A stretch of 64,000 bases of DNA from Bacteroidales bacterium (GTDB lineage Bacteria; Bacteroidota; Bacteroidia; Bacteroidales; UBA932): assembly GCA_009777095.1 (NCBI GenBank), contig WRMN01000004.1, forward strand, positions 77,475 through 141,474, written 5' to 3'. This document shows positions 44,411 through 54,129 of this stretch, piece after piece (positions within the stretch are counted from its first letter, which is position 1; every line of letters begins with the position of its first letter). Below the pieces are notes generated by a model that was not told where the DNA came from, ran no database searches, and saw nothing but the letters and a program-made list of their open reading frames with translations. A program made the position numbers and the translations under genes.

Positions 44411-45478
44411 TTAATACGTCAAGGTTTGTGTTTCGCCGCGGAGGACAGCCAAGCCGTTATTGGCCAAAGCGCCCATTTCGTCTTCGCCCGGATAAACAGC
44501 CACCGGAGCTAAGAATGAAATTTTTTCGGTAATACGCTCTACCATTAAGGGATTCCAAGCAATGCCGCCGGTAAGGATAATGGCATCAACCTTGCCCCTG
44601 AGTACCGTAGCCATAGCGCCTATATGTTTTGCAATGTTGTAACTCATGGCCTGGTGTACTAAATCAACCTGCTTATCTCCCGAAGGGATAAGTTCCCCTT
44701 CGATTTTTTGGAATTGGTTAGTGCCCAAATGCGCTACCATGCCGCCCTTGCCGGTCAGGATTTTCTTCACTTGATCGAAGGTATATTCGCCGCTAAAGCA
44801 CAGTTTAGCCACCTGCAGCGCCGGCAGCGTACCTGAGCGTTCTGGCGAGAAGGGGCCTTCGCCGTCAATAGCATTGCTTACATCAATGACCTTACCCTGA
44901 CAGTGCGCGCCTACGGAAATGCCGCCGCCCAAGTGAGCCACAATAAGGTTCAGCGATTCGTAGGGTTTACCTAACTTTTTGGCATGCGCCTTAGCAATGG
45001 CTTTTTGGTTCAAAGCATGGAAAGCGGAAACACGTTTAAACAGCGGGTGGCCGGCAATGCGGGCTACATCTTGCAATTCGTCAACCACTACAGGGTCGGC
45101 AATAAAGGCGGGGCAGTTAGGTATTTGGCGGGCAATGTCGTCGGCAATCAAAGCGCCGAGGTTGCTGGCATGTTCGCCATACTCGCAGTCGGACAAATCT
45201 TTCTTCATAGCTTCGTTTACAAGATAAGTACCCGAAGCGAGGGGGCGCATCAAACCGCCGCGACCGACAATGGCGTTAAAACTTTGTACATCGAAATTAT
45301 TTTCTTTCAACAGCGACAGAATAGCTTCTTTACGAAACTCGAACTGTTCTGTGATTTTCGCAAACTGTTTCAGGTCATCAGCATCATGTTGCAGGTTTTT
45401 CTGAAAGATATTTTTTTCGTCTTCAAAAACAGCTATTTTTGTAGAGGTAGAACCGGGGTTAATGGTCAGGATTTTCAT
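44411..45478 (-). CDS. buk: butyrate kinase
   Basis: MKILTINPGSTSTKIAVFEDE ASKHA N-terminus, VAHLGGGISVGAH. 355 aa. Adjacent to ptb. Confidence 0.92.
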   Translation of the reverse strand: MKILTINPGSTSTKIAVFEDEKNIFQKNLQHDADDLKQFAKITEQFEFRKEAILSLLKENNFDVQSFNAIVGRGGLMRPLASGTYLVNEAMKKDLSDCEYGEHASNLGALIADDIARQIPNCPAFIADPVVVDELQDVARIAGHPLFKRVSAFHALNQKAIAKAHAKKLGKPYESLNLIVAHLGGGISVGAHCQGKVIDVSNAIDGEGPFSPERSGTLPALQVAKLCFSGEYTFDQVKKILTGKGGMVAHLGTNQFQKIEGELIPSGDKQVDLVHQAMSYNIAKHIGAMATVLRGKVDAIILTGGIAWNPLMVERITEKISFLAPVAVYPGEDEMGALANNGLAVLRGETQTLTY

Positions 45479-45505
45479 ATATTCATGTTTTTATTAAGTT
45501 GAGAG

Positions 45506-46408
45506 TTATTTAGCCATTAAAGCAGCTAAGGCAATAGAGTTCAATTTACTTTTTGTGCTGTCGCCACGCGAAGTCAGCACACAGGGTACTTTCGCTCCTG
45601 TTACTACGGCAGCCAGTTCTCCACCTGCTAAGTTGGTAACGGTTTTAAAGAATGCGTTGCCGCTTTCGATATTAGGGAATAGGATACAGTCGGCGTCTCC
45701 GGCCACCGTGCTGGTCAGTTTCTTCGTGGCCACTGCTTCCTTGCTGATGGCCACGTCCATAGCCAAGGGGCCATCAACATAAGCGCCGCTGATTTGTCCG
45801 CGGTCAGCCATTTTGGAAATCATAGCCGCATCGACACAGGCTTGCATGCCGGGCAGCATTTGCTCGGTAGCAGCCAGCAAAGCCACTTTGGGTTTTTCTA
45901 TGCCCAAGGCTTTGGCCGTACTAATCAGGTAGTTGGTTATAGCTACTTTTTGCGTTAAATCGGGGGCGGGAATAACAGCCACATCGCCTATTATCAGCAA
46001 TTTTGGATAAGTAGCAACCGACATCACCGTAACGTGGCTCAATACCGCTTTCGGCGGCAGTAAGCCTTTCTCTTTATTCAGAATAGCCCGCATGTACTTA
46101 TCGCTGGTACATAAGCCCTTCATCAGCACGTCGCCCTCGCCTTGATTAATGAGGTCAACAGCAGCAGCCACAGCTTGCACATCATTAGGAATATGCACTA
46201 TACGAAAGATGGACATATCAATCTTTTCGTCGGCACACACTTTTGTCATCATTTCTCGGTCGCCCACTAATGTGGCTTCCACAAAGCCTTTTTGTACTGC
46301 AAGAGCCAAGGCTCCGATAGTATGGTCATCTACAGCCCAAGCGCCTACCACACGTTTTTTCGGTCTTTGTCCTACTGTTTCATAAAGTTCGTCAAATGTT
46401 TTAATCAT
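45506..46408 (-). CDS. ptb: phosphate butyryltransferase
   Basis: 300 aa, PTA/PTB family blocks (LMKGLCTSDKYMRAIL, GAKVPCVLTSRGDS). Immediately upstream of buk on the same strand. Confidence 0.88.
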   Translation of the reverse strand: MIKTFDELYETVGQRPKKRVVGAWAVDDHTIGALALAVQKGFVEATLVGDREMMTKVCADEKIDMSIFRIVHIPNDVQAVAAAVDLINQGEGDVLMKGLCTSDKYMRAILNKEKGLLPPKAVLSHVTVMSVATYPKLLIIGDVAVIPAPDLTQKVAITNYLISTAKALGIEKPKVALLAATEQMLPGMQACVDAAMISKMADRGQISGAYVDGPLAMDVAISKEAVATKKLTSTVAGDADCILFPNIESGNAFFKTVTNLAGGELAAVVTGAKVPCVLTSRGDSTKSKLNSIALAALMAK

Positions 46409-46454
46409 AGTATAAGAATATTAATATTTGTCGCAAAAAATCCGATTTAACTTA

Positions 46455-46462
46455 CAAATGTA
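46455..46462 (-). promoter_or_regulatory. -7 box TACATTTG for the ptb-buk operon
   Basis: Reverse-strand exact match 46 nt upstream of the ptb ATG at 46408. Confidence 0.45.
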
Positions 46463-46489
46463 AAGATAATTTACCAAATTACCAAAAAA

Positions 46490-48583
46490 TTATCTCAAAC
46501 CGCGGTTATCCAATAAAGGCTCAATCGCCGGTTCTTTTCCTCTGAAATTCAAATACATTTGCATAGCATCATCATCGCCGCCGCGCTCTAAAATTTCTTT
46601 ACGAAACTTGGCAGCCGTCGTTTGGTCAAAGATATCGCCTGTTTCGACAAAGGCCTGATAAGCATCGCAATCCAGTACTCCCGCCCAAATATAGCTATAG
46701 TAACCGGCCGTGTAACCGCCGCCCATAGTATGGTTGAAATAGGTAGTGCGGTAACGGGGCGGAATCTGAGTAATTAAGCCGCGTTTGTTGTTTAGTACTT
46801 CAACCTCAAATTGAGCCAGATTCAAATCTTCAGGAACAGCCGTAAGCACATGATAATCCATGTCCAAAAAAGAGGCGGCCAAGTATTCGGCTGTCCTGAA
46901 GCCTTCGCCGAATTTTGCGCTTTGGTCCATCTTTTCGATATATTCCAAAGGAATTACTTCGCCTGTTTCATAATGTTTGGCATATTCTTTCAATACTTCA
47001 GGCTCGAAACACCAGTGTTCCATAATTTGCGAAGGCAGTTCCACAAAGTCGCGCGGAACGTTAAGCCCTCTGTAGCGCGTATCAGCGAATAAGCCGTGCA
47101 AGGCATGTCCAAACTCATGGAAGAAGGTTTCAACCTCATCGGGACTGAACAAGGCCGCTTTATCGCCCACAGGGCGGGTAAAGTTGCATACTATGGTTAC
47201 TAAGGGCGCTACCCTTTGTCCGTTTTCATAAGTTTGACCACGGTAGCGACCGCACCAGGCGCCGCCGCGCTTAGCTCCCGGACGAGAGAACATATCCATA
47301 TACAAGATACCAAGATGCGTTCCGTCTGCATCTTTACACTCGTAGGCTACCGTTTCATCGGTGGGAACAGGCACGTCCACCTGCGTAAACGTAATGCCGT
47401 ATAAACGGTTGCATACATAAAAAATACCATCGCGTACATTTTCATGTTTAAAATAAGGGCGCAACATTTCTTCATTCATGGCATACTTGGCATCTCTCAC
47501 CTTCTCGCTATAATAACTCCAGTCGGAGGCTTCCAAGTTTCCGCTCAGTCCTGCATCATTCATCATCTTTTGCAAATCGGCAGCTTCGCGCTCAGCTACT
47601 TTCATAGTCGGAGCCCAGAGTTTATCCAATAAATCATATACATTGGCCGCTGTTTTAGCCATACGGTCCTCTAAGGTCATTTCGGCAAAATTGTCATAGC
47701 CCATTAATTTGGCTTTTTCCAAACGCAGAGCAAGCAACTGAGCTATAAGTTTTTTATTATCTTTATCGTTGTTATTATTGCAGCGATTCAGGTAAGCATT
47801 CAGCATTTGGCGGCGCAGGTCGCGATTATCGGCATACTGCAGGAAGGGCATAATACTGGGATTGTCTAAGCCGAAGAGCCACTGCCCTTCTTTTTCGGCT
47901 TTAGCAGCGCGGGCAGCAGCCGCAGCTTTCAAGGCCTCCGGCAAGCCTGAGAGGTCGGCCTCATTATCAATAGTCAGGGTATAAGCTGCGGTTTCGGCCA
48001 ACATGTTTTGTCCGAATTGGGTTTGCAATTTCGATATTTCGGTATTCAGACGGCGCAGTTCTTCTTTTTGTTCGGGATTGAGATTGGCGCCCGACTTTTC
48101 AAAACCCTTGTACGTTTCTTCTACTAAGCGCATTTCTACGGCATTAAGTCCTAATTGTTCCCGTTGCTCATAAACAGCTTTGATGCGGTTAAACAAGCCT
48201 TCATTCAGGCGGATATCGTCGCGGTGAGCGGTCATTTTCGGCGACAATTCCCGTTCAATCACTTGCATTTCAGGCGTGGTGTTAGCTCCGCTGATGCCTG
48301 AAAATACAGGCATAATACGCGACAGCAAGGCGCCTGCGGCATCGTAGGCTTCAATAGTGTTGGCAAAGGTCGGCGCCTCGGGATTGTTCACTATGGCGTC
48401 AATTTCTGCTTTCTGTTGGCGCATGCCTTCTTCAATGGCAGGCATGTAGTGTTCCAACTTAATTTGTTCAAAGGGCGGAATAGCAAAAGGCGTATTCCAT
48501 TCGGCCAACAAAGGATTGTCATTTGTCGGTTGAGAAGCGCTCAGGCCAAGGGCGGCAAGTAGCATAAGAAGTAGATTTTTCAT
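46490..48583 (-). CDS. dcp: M3-family peptidyl-dipeptidase
   Basis: Signal peptide, FFHEFGHALHG zinc motif. 697 aa. Confidence 0.88.
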   Translation of the reverse strand: MKNLLLMLLAALGLSASQPTNDNPLLAEWNTPFAIPPFEQIKLEHYMPAIEEGMRQQKAEIDAIVNNPEAPTFANTIEAYDAAGALLSRIMPVFSGISGANTTPEMQVIERELSPKMTAHRDDIRLNEGLFNRIKAVYEQREQLGLNAVEMRLVEETYKGFEKSGANLNPEQKEELRRLNTEISKLQTQFGQNMLAETAAYTLTIDNEADLSGLPEALKAAAAARAAKAEKEGQWLFGLDNPSIMPFLQYADNRDLRRQMLNAYLNRCNNNNDKDNKKLIAQLLALRLEKAKLMGYDNFAEMTLEDRMAKTAANVYDLLDKLWAPTMKVAEREAADLQKMMNDAGLSGNLEASDWSYYSEKVRDAKYAMNEEMLRPYFKHENVRDGIFYVCNRLYGITFTQVDVPVPTDETVAYECKDADGTHLGILYMDMFSRPGAKRGGAWCGRYRGQTYENGQRVAPLVTIVCNFTRPVGDKAALFSPDEVETFFHEFGHALHGLFADTRYRGLNVPRDFVELPSQIMEHWCFEPEVLKEYAKHYETGEVIPLEYIEKMDQSAKFGEGFRTAEYLAASFLDMDYHVLTAVPEDLNLAQFEVEVLNNKRGLITQIPPRYRTTYFNHTMGGGYTAGYYSYIWAGVLDCDAYQAFVETGDIFDQTTAAKFRKEILERGGDDDAMQMYLNFRGKEPAIEPLLDNRGLR

Positions 48584-48610
48584 GAGAGTTTATTTTTTAT
48601 TGTTGATTTA

Positions 48611-48629
48611 TTGATTTGGTTATTTGATA
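48611..48629 (+). repeat. 19-nt exact repeat TTGATTTGGTTATTTGATA, copy 2
   Basis: Identical to 43612-43630. It lies between the FokI-like gene and dcp. Confidence 0.85.
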
Positions 48630-48690
48630 TGCGATTATGTGATGTGCGATATTTATGGCGTATTTCTCATTTTTGATTATTTTTACTTCC

Positions 48691-50040
48691 TTATATATCA
48701 CCAAATTCATCAATAATATTTTTTGCGGAGATAGGATTTCCAATACTAATAATACAGTTAATAATATCTGTTAAACTCAATTTATTTTTTGTTTTAAATG
48801 CTAATAAATAAAGTAATGCTTCTGATGTTAAAAGAATAAAGCGTTTAATATCGGTATTCCATGTAATTTCATTTACAAAATTGTCAAAATTTGCTTTAAA
48901 TTCATTGCTTACAATTATAAATCCAATTTTTTTATAACCTTCATTTTTTAATTTAGGGCAATGAACATTTATATATTCTCTAATTGCTCTATCATCTGTT
49001 CCTAAAGAATAGCCGCCATTGTATGCTTTAGCCTCTACTAAAAATGCGGTATCTTCTTTTCTAAATCTTACAATAGCATCAGGATTTCTACCTGTTCCTT
49101 GCCCCAGCGATTCAACTTCAAAATCTAACAGTTCAAAAATTTCAGCAATGATTTTTTCAAACTCATATCCTTTTTGCGTAGCCGATTTATTTACCGCATT
49201 CCCTAATTCAACTAATTTTGACACTTTAGGAATGATGTAATCAGATAAATTAAAATTTGCACTTATACTTGTAATAATATTTTTAGGTTCATCTTTATCA
49301 CGTATTTGTTCCGTAATAGCATGTTTTGTTTTATCTATCTTTTTAATAGGATTACCTACAAAGTGCCAAAAAGCATGTTCTATATCCCAATTGGATATTT
49401 TCCTTTTTGAGTAATCGCTAAGAAAAATTTTAATTTGTTCATTTAAAGAAAAGAATAGTTCATAATTATCCCTTTGAATGGGGCTCTCCTTCCATAGCCC
49501 TATTTTATCAAGAGCCTGAATGGTAGCAGTATAATAAATTGGCCATTTTTCATTATCAGCAACTTGCCAGAAATACGATAAAAAATACGGAACTGATTTA
49601 GGACTTGGAGATAACCGTTTGACCTTTGCTAACTTAGGCTTTACTTCTTGACAATATTTTTCTAATTTCTCAATTTTATGTAAGGCGTCTTTAATGTCTT
49701 TGGGCTCTGCTATTACTTCAATAAGTATGTCTCCGAGTTTTTCAAGATTAGAGTCATCAGCTATTTTTGTTAATTGATTAAAGAAAAATTGTCCTTTTAT
49801 AGCCGTAAACCCCCAAAGGTTATTACGTTTATTAAAACTGTCAATACTTGTTTTAAATTCTCCAAGTGATAATTCTCTGTTTCTAAACTGCAGGATCATA
49901 TCTGAAAGCAACGTTATTGCTTCAAGCCTTAGGCTATCAATATTAGGCAACACTTTTCCTTTGACATCTAATATTCGGTCGGTGTTGACATAGTCCTCCC
50001 AAATTTCTTTAATTTTTTCAATTTTATCTTTATTTAGCAT
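48691..50040 (-). CDS. stand-alone nuclease: uncharacterised N-terminal domain fused to a FokI-type PD-(D/E)XK cleavage domain
   Basis: Residues ~290-449 align by eye to the FokI cleavage domain. GRNPDAIV / FLVEAKAYNGGYSLGTDDRAIREYI / FIIVSNEFKANF match FokI SRKPDGAIY / VIVDTKAYSGGYNLPIGQADEMQRYV / FLFVSGHFKGNY. The putative catalytic residues are D321, E336 and K338. Very AT-rich. Confidence 0.75.
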   Translation of the reverse strand: MLNKDKIEKIKEIWEDYVNTDRILDVKGKVLPNIDSLRLEAITLLSDMILQFRNRELSLGEFKTSIDSFNKRNNLWGFTAIKGQFFFNQLTKIADDSNLEKLGDILIEVIAEPKDIKDALHKIEKLEKYCQEVKPKLAKVKRLSPSPKSVPYFLSYFWQVADNEKWPIYYTATIQALDKIGLWKESPIQRDNYELFFSLNEQIKIFLSDYSKRKISNWDIEHAFWHFVGNPIKKIDKTKHAITEQIRDKDEPKNIITSISANFNLSDYIIPKVSKLVELGNAVNKSATQKGYEFEKIIAEIFELLDFEVESLGQGTGRNPDAIVRFRKEDTAFLVEAKAYNGGYSLGTDDRAIREYINVHCPKLKNEGYKKIGFIIVSNEFKANFDNFVNEITWNTDIKRFILLTSEALLYLLAFKTKNKLSLTDIINCIISIGNPISAKNIIDEFGDI

Positions 50041-50085
50041 GTATCGGTATTTTATTATTGTTGTAAAAAAATGTTCGATTTTCTA

Positions 50086-52221
50086 TCAATTTATTCTCAT
50101 CGTCAGTTGTATGCGTTTGCGGGGAATATCCACCTCTAATACCCTTACCCGAATATGCTGGTGCAGCTTCACTACCTCGTTAGGATTACTGATATAGCGG
50201 TCGGCCATTTGGGAAATGTGTACTAATCCGTCTTGCTTTACCCCCACATCGACAAAGGCGCCGAAGGCCGTAATGTTGGTAACTATGCCGGGCAGCTCCA
50301 TACCCGACTGCAAGTCGTCAATGGTAAACACATCGGAGGCAAATTCAAATACCTTGGCTACGGAGCGCGGGTCGCGGCCGGGCTTGGCTAACTCTGCCAT
50401 AATATCCGTCAGGGTTGGCATGCCCGCCTTTTCCGAGACGTAAGCTTCGAGGTTTATTTTCTTGCGCACTTCTTCGGATACCAGCAAATCGGCTAAGGGG
50501 TGTTGTATATCCTTAGCCATCTGCGCTACCAAGGCATAGCGTTCGGGGTGCACGGCGCTGTTATCAAGCGGATTTAAGGCATCGGGGATACGCAGGAAGC
50601 CTGCGCACTGCTCAAAAGCCTTATCGCCCAAGCGTTTTACCTTGTGTAATTCGGCGCGTGAAGTAAAGGCGCCATGTTCTTTGCGGTAGTCAACAATGTT
50701 CTGCGCCAACGCAGGCCCCAGTCCCGACACGTAGGTAAGCAAATGCTTGCTGGCGGTATTCAGGTTCACGCCCACCTTGTTCACACAGCTTTCCACTACG
50801 GTATCCAAGCCTTCTTTCAGGCGCTTCTGGTCAACATCGTGCTGATATTGCCCCACGCCTATAGCCTTGGGGTCAATTTTCACCAACTCCGCTAAAGGGT
50901 CCATGAGGCGGCGGCCTATAGACACCGCTCCGCGGACAGTAACATCATATTCCGGAAACTCTTCTCGGGCAATGGGCGAGGCAGAGTAAACAGAAGCGCC
51001 GTCTTCGCTCACCGCAAATACCTGCACGGTATGCGGAAAGGCTATGCGTTTGATAAAATCTTCGGTCTCGCGGCCGGCAGTGCCGTTGCCAACAGCTATA
51101 GCTTCTATTTTATAGGATTCCACTAAGGTCGAAATCTTGCGCATGGCGCTGCTCCGCTCGTTTTGCGGCGGGTGCGGATAAATGGTCTCATTATGCAGGA
51201 GCTTGCCCTGCTCATCGAGGCACACTACTTTACAACCGGTACGAAATCCAGGGTCAATGGCTAATACCCGCTTTCGGCCTAAGGGAGAGGCTAAGAGCAA
51301 CTGCCGTAAATTTTCGGCAAACACACGAATGGCTTCCGTGTCGGCCTGTTCTTTCTTCCAATGAATGGTTTCCGTCTCTAAGGAGGGGCACAACAAACGC
51401 TTGTAAGCATCGGCTACGGCTAAGCGAATTTGCTCCACCGACTGCGTTTTATCACTGACAAAACGTATTACTTTCCGCTCTACCAAAGGGACAGCAGTTT
51501 CTTCTTGCGGCTCTACTTTTACCGATAAGCACTCCTCTGCCTGTCCGCGCAGCACTGCGAGAAAGCGGTGTGAAGGAATTTTTTTCAGACTTTCGTTAAA
51601 ACTGAAATAATCTTTGTATTTTTGACCTTCTTCTTCCTTGCCCTTGCTTACTTTCGCATACACTACCGCCTCGCGTTGGAACAGGTGACGCAAGGCATCT
51701 CTGACGGCGGCATTTTCACTTACCTGTTCGGCAATAATATCGCGGGCGCCGCCCAAGGCATCTTCTACGGTTTCCACCTTGTCGGACAGGAATTGTTCGG
51801 CAGCGGCATAGATGTCGGTCTTGTCCTGCTTCATGATTAATTCGGCCAGTGGCTCCAAGCCTTTTTCCTTGGCAATAGACGCCCGTGTACGGCGCTTGGG
51901 ACGGTAAGGTAAATAAATATCTTCCAATTCCGATATTACTACGCAGGCCTCAATTTTCTCACGCAATTCATCTGTCATCTTCCCCTGTTCTTCAATTGAT
52001 TTAAGGACGGTAGCCTTTCGGTCGTCCAATTCTTCATACACGCCCATTCGGTACTTGACTTCGGCAACCTGCACCTCGTCCATGCTGCCGGTAGCTTCTT
52101 TACGGTAACGGCTGATAAAAGGAATGGTGGCGCCTTCGGAGAAAAGCGCGACTGCATTTTCGACCTGCCACTCTTTCACCTGCAACGATTGGGCAATAAG
52201 GCTTAGATAACGTTTATTCAT
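50086..52221 (-). CDS. tex: RNA-binding transcriptional accessory protein Tex
   Basis: Start MNKRYLSLIAQSLQVKEWQV at 52221. YqgF-like and HhH regions, C-terminal S1 domain (GIVTNITAFGAFVDVG). The ATG overlaps the ClC stop (ATGAATAA). Confidence 0.92.
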   Translation of the reverse strand: MNKRYLSLIAQSLQVKEWQVENAVALFSEGATIPFISRYRKEATGSMDEVQVAEVKYRMGVYEELDDRKATVLKSIEEQGKMTDELREKIEACVVISELEDIYLPYRPKRRTRASIAKEKGLEPLAELIMKQDKTDIYAAAEQFLSDKVETVEDALGGARDIIAEQVSENAAVRDALRHLFQREAVVYAKVSKGKEEEGQKYKDYFSFNESLKKIPSHRFLAVLRGQAEECLSVKVEPQEETAVPLVERKVIRFVSDKTQSVEQIRLAVADAYKRLLCPSLETETIHWKKEQADTEAIRVFAENLRQLLLASPLGRKRVLAIDPGFRTGCKVVCLDEQGKLLHNETIYPHPPQNERSSAMRKISTLVESYKIEAIAVGNGTAGRETEDFIKRIAFPHTVQVFAVSEDGASVYSASPIAREEFPEYDVTVRGAVSIGRRLMDPLAELVKIDPKAIGVGQYQHDVDQKRLKEGLDTVVESCVNKVGVNLNTASKHLLTYVSGLGPALAQNIVDYRKEHGAFTSRAELHKVKRLGDKAFEQCAGFLRIPDALNPLDNSAVHPERYALVAQMAKDIQHPLADLLVSEEVRKKINLEAYVSEKAGMPTLTDIMAELAKPGRDPRSVAKVFEFASDVFTIDDLQSGMELPGIVTNITAFGAFVDVGVKQDGLVHISQMADRYISNPNEVVKLHQHIRVRVLEVDIPRKRIQLTMRIN

Positions 52222-53989
52222 CTGAGAATTGTTGTAATAAATTTCGATACGAAGAAAATATTTTTGATTTGGAAACAAAACCTATATAAAGCCCCTTCTC
52301 GTCGATTACCGGAAGGTTCCAGACACCGGCGGATTCAAATTTATCCAATACCGACTGCATATTATCACCGCTGTGGACAAAGGCTTTCGGCATTTTCATC
52401 AGGCTGTCCACGGTAGTGGTATCATAGCGTTGCGTATCGAACATTACCTTGCGGACATCATCGAGCGCTACTACGCCTACCAATGCGCCTCCATGATTTA
52501 AGACAGGAAACAAATTACGGTGTGAAAGGGATATTACTTTCACCAGCTCGCCCAAGGAAGTATCGGGCGTTACGGAGATAAAGTCCTTCTCAACTAAGGC
52601 ATCTAACTGCATAATGGTTAGCACAGCTTTATCTTTGTCATGGGTAATAAGGTCGCCGCTCAGGGCTAAACGTTTGGTGTAAATGGAATGTTTTTCGAAG
52701 CCGCGAATGGTAAAGAAAGAAGTAGCTGACACTAACATCAGTGGCATCAGCAGTCCGTAGCCGCCTGTGATTTCAGCGATAAGGAAGATAGCGGTCAGCG
52801 GAGCTGTCATCACCGCCGACATCATGCCGGCCATCCCTACCATGGCAAAATTCGCCTCCGGAACGGTATGAATCCCTGATACATTAATCAATCGCGCCAC
52901 CAAAAAACCTACAATTCCGCCCATAAACAAAGTAGGTCCGAAGGTTCCGCCCACTCCTCCGCCGGCATTGGTAAAGGACATGGATAAGATTTTGAAAAAG
53001 AAAACAGCTATGAAGAACAATAATATAAACCATACATTTTCGGAAAAACCGCCATAAAGGGTAGTTCCAGCCGCAGCCATACAGTCGCCGTTCAATAAAG
53101 CCGACAACGCGCCGTAACCTTCGCCGTAAAGCGGAGGAAAGATAAAGATTAACAGGCCTAACCCAAGCGCGCATAAAAACCAACGGCGGAAGGGGTTAAG
53201 AATACGTTTTATCCTTTGTTCCACGGCTAAGGTCGCTCTTGTAAAGTACAAGGCTCCGAAGCCGCAAAAAATACCCAGCGCCAAATAATAAGGGAGGTTC
53301 CCTATATTAAAGGGGACTAAGGCCGTGCTAAACGATACCGTATTCCCCAGCATAAAATAAGAAACTGACGTAGCCGTAACCGACGATACCAACAAAGGAA
53401 GAATGGACGAAAGGGAAAGGTCGAGCATCAGGATTTCGAGGGTAAAGACTATTCCCGCTAAGGGGGCTTTAAAGATGCCCGCTACCGCTCCGGCAGCGCC
53501 GCAGCCCAACAGCAGGGTAATGCTTCGGTAATCAAGCTTGAAAAACTGCGCCAAGTTAGAACCTAAGGCCGCTCCGGTGTAAACAATGGGCGCTTCGGCT
53601 CCCACCGAGCCGCCCATTCCGATAGTTACCGAACTGGCGGCTATTGACGAATAGCAGTTATGCCGCTTGATTTTAGAATCCTTACGGCTGATGGCATGCA
53701 ACACCTTTGTTACGCCATGACTGATATCATCTTTTACAACATATCTTACATATAACAAGGCGATTAACATTCCTATACCCGGATAAAGCAGGTAAAGCAA
53801 GCTATCGGCTGTAGTGTTAAACCAGCCGGTAAGCACCCATTGCACTAAATGGACGGCATGTTTAAGCAGCACTGCCGCCAATCCGCTGAGTAAACCTGTC
53901 GCAAAGGCCAATACAACAATCAATTGCCTGTAAGGCAGTCGCTTCAACCACAAAAAGCCATTCTGTATAAAAGTAAGCAATTTCGACAT
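52214..53989 (-). CDS. ClC-family chloride channel / H+-Cl- antiporter with two C-terminal CBS domains
   Basis: GSVGAEAP, GIFKAPLAG and GGVGGTFGP ClC selectivity motifs. CBS pair in the C-terminal ~140 aa. 591 aa. Confidence 0.88.
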   Translation of the reverse strand: MSKLLTFIQNGFLWLKRLPYRQLIVVLAFATGLLSGLAAVLLKHAVHLVQWVLTGWFNTTADSLLYLLYPGIGMLIALLYVRYVVKDDISHGVTKVLHAISRKDSKIKRHNCYSSIAASSVTIGMGGSVGAEAPIVYTGAALGSNLAQFFKLDYRSITLLLGCGAAGAVAGIFKAPLAGIVFTLEILMLDLSLSSILPLLVSSVTATSVSYFMLGNTVSFSTALVPFNIGNLPYYLALGIFCGFGALYFTRATLAVEQRIKRILNPFRRWFLCALGLGLLIFIFPPLYGEGYGALSALLNGDCMAAAGTTLYGGFSENVWFILLFFIAVFFFKILSMSFTNAGGGVGGTFGPTLFMGGIVGFLVARLINVSGIHTVPEANFAMVGMAGMMSAVMTAPLTAIFLIAEITGGYGLLMPLMLVSATSFFTIRGFEKHSIYTKRLALSGDLITHDKDKAVLTIMQLDALVEKDFISVTPDTSLGELVKVISLSHRNLFPVLNHGGALVGVVALDDVRKVMFDTQRYDTTTVDSLMKMPKAFVHSGDNMQSVLDKFESAGVWNLPVIDEKGLYIGFVSKSKIFSSYRNLLQQFSDE

Positions 53990-54069
53990 TTAGCGGGGCA
54001 AATATGGTGCGAATATAGGAAAAATTAACGAAAAATCATAAAAAAATAACAGGATATTCAAAAAATTAC

Positions 54070-54077
54070 TATCTTTG
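54070..54077 (+). promoter_or_regulatory. -7 box TATCTTTG for the M16 peptidase gene
   Basis: Exact TAnnTTTG, 52 nt before the ATG at 54130. Confidence 0.45.
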
Positions 54078-54129
54078 ATGTTGTTATACAATCATCTTCT
54101 ACATACAATATTAAAATAACTAATTTCTC

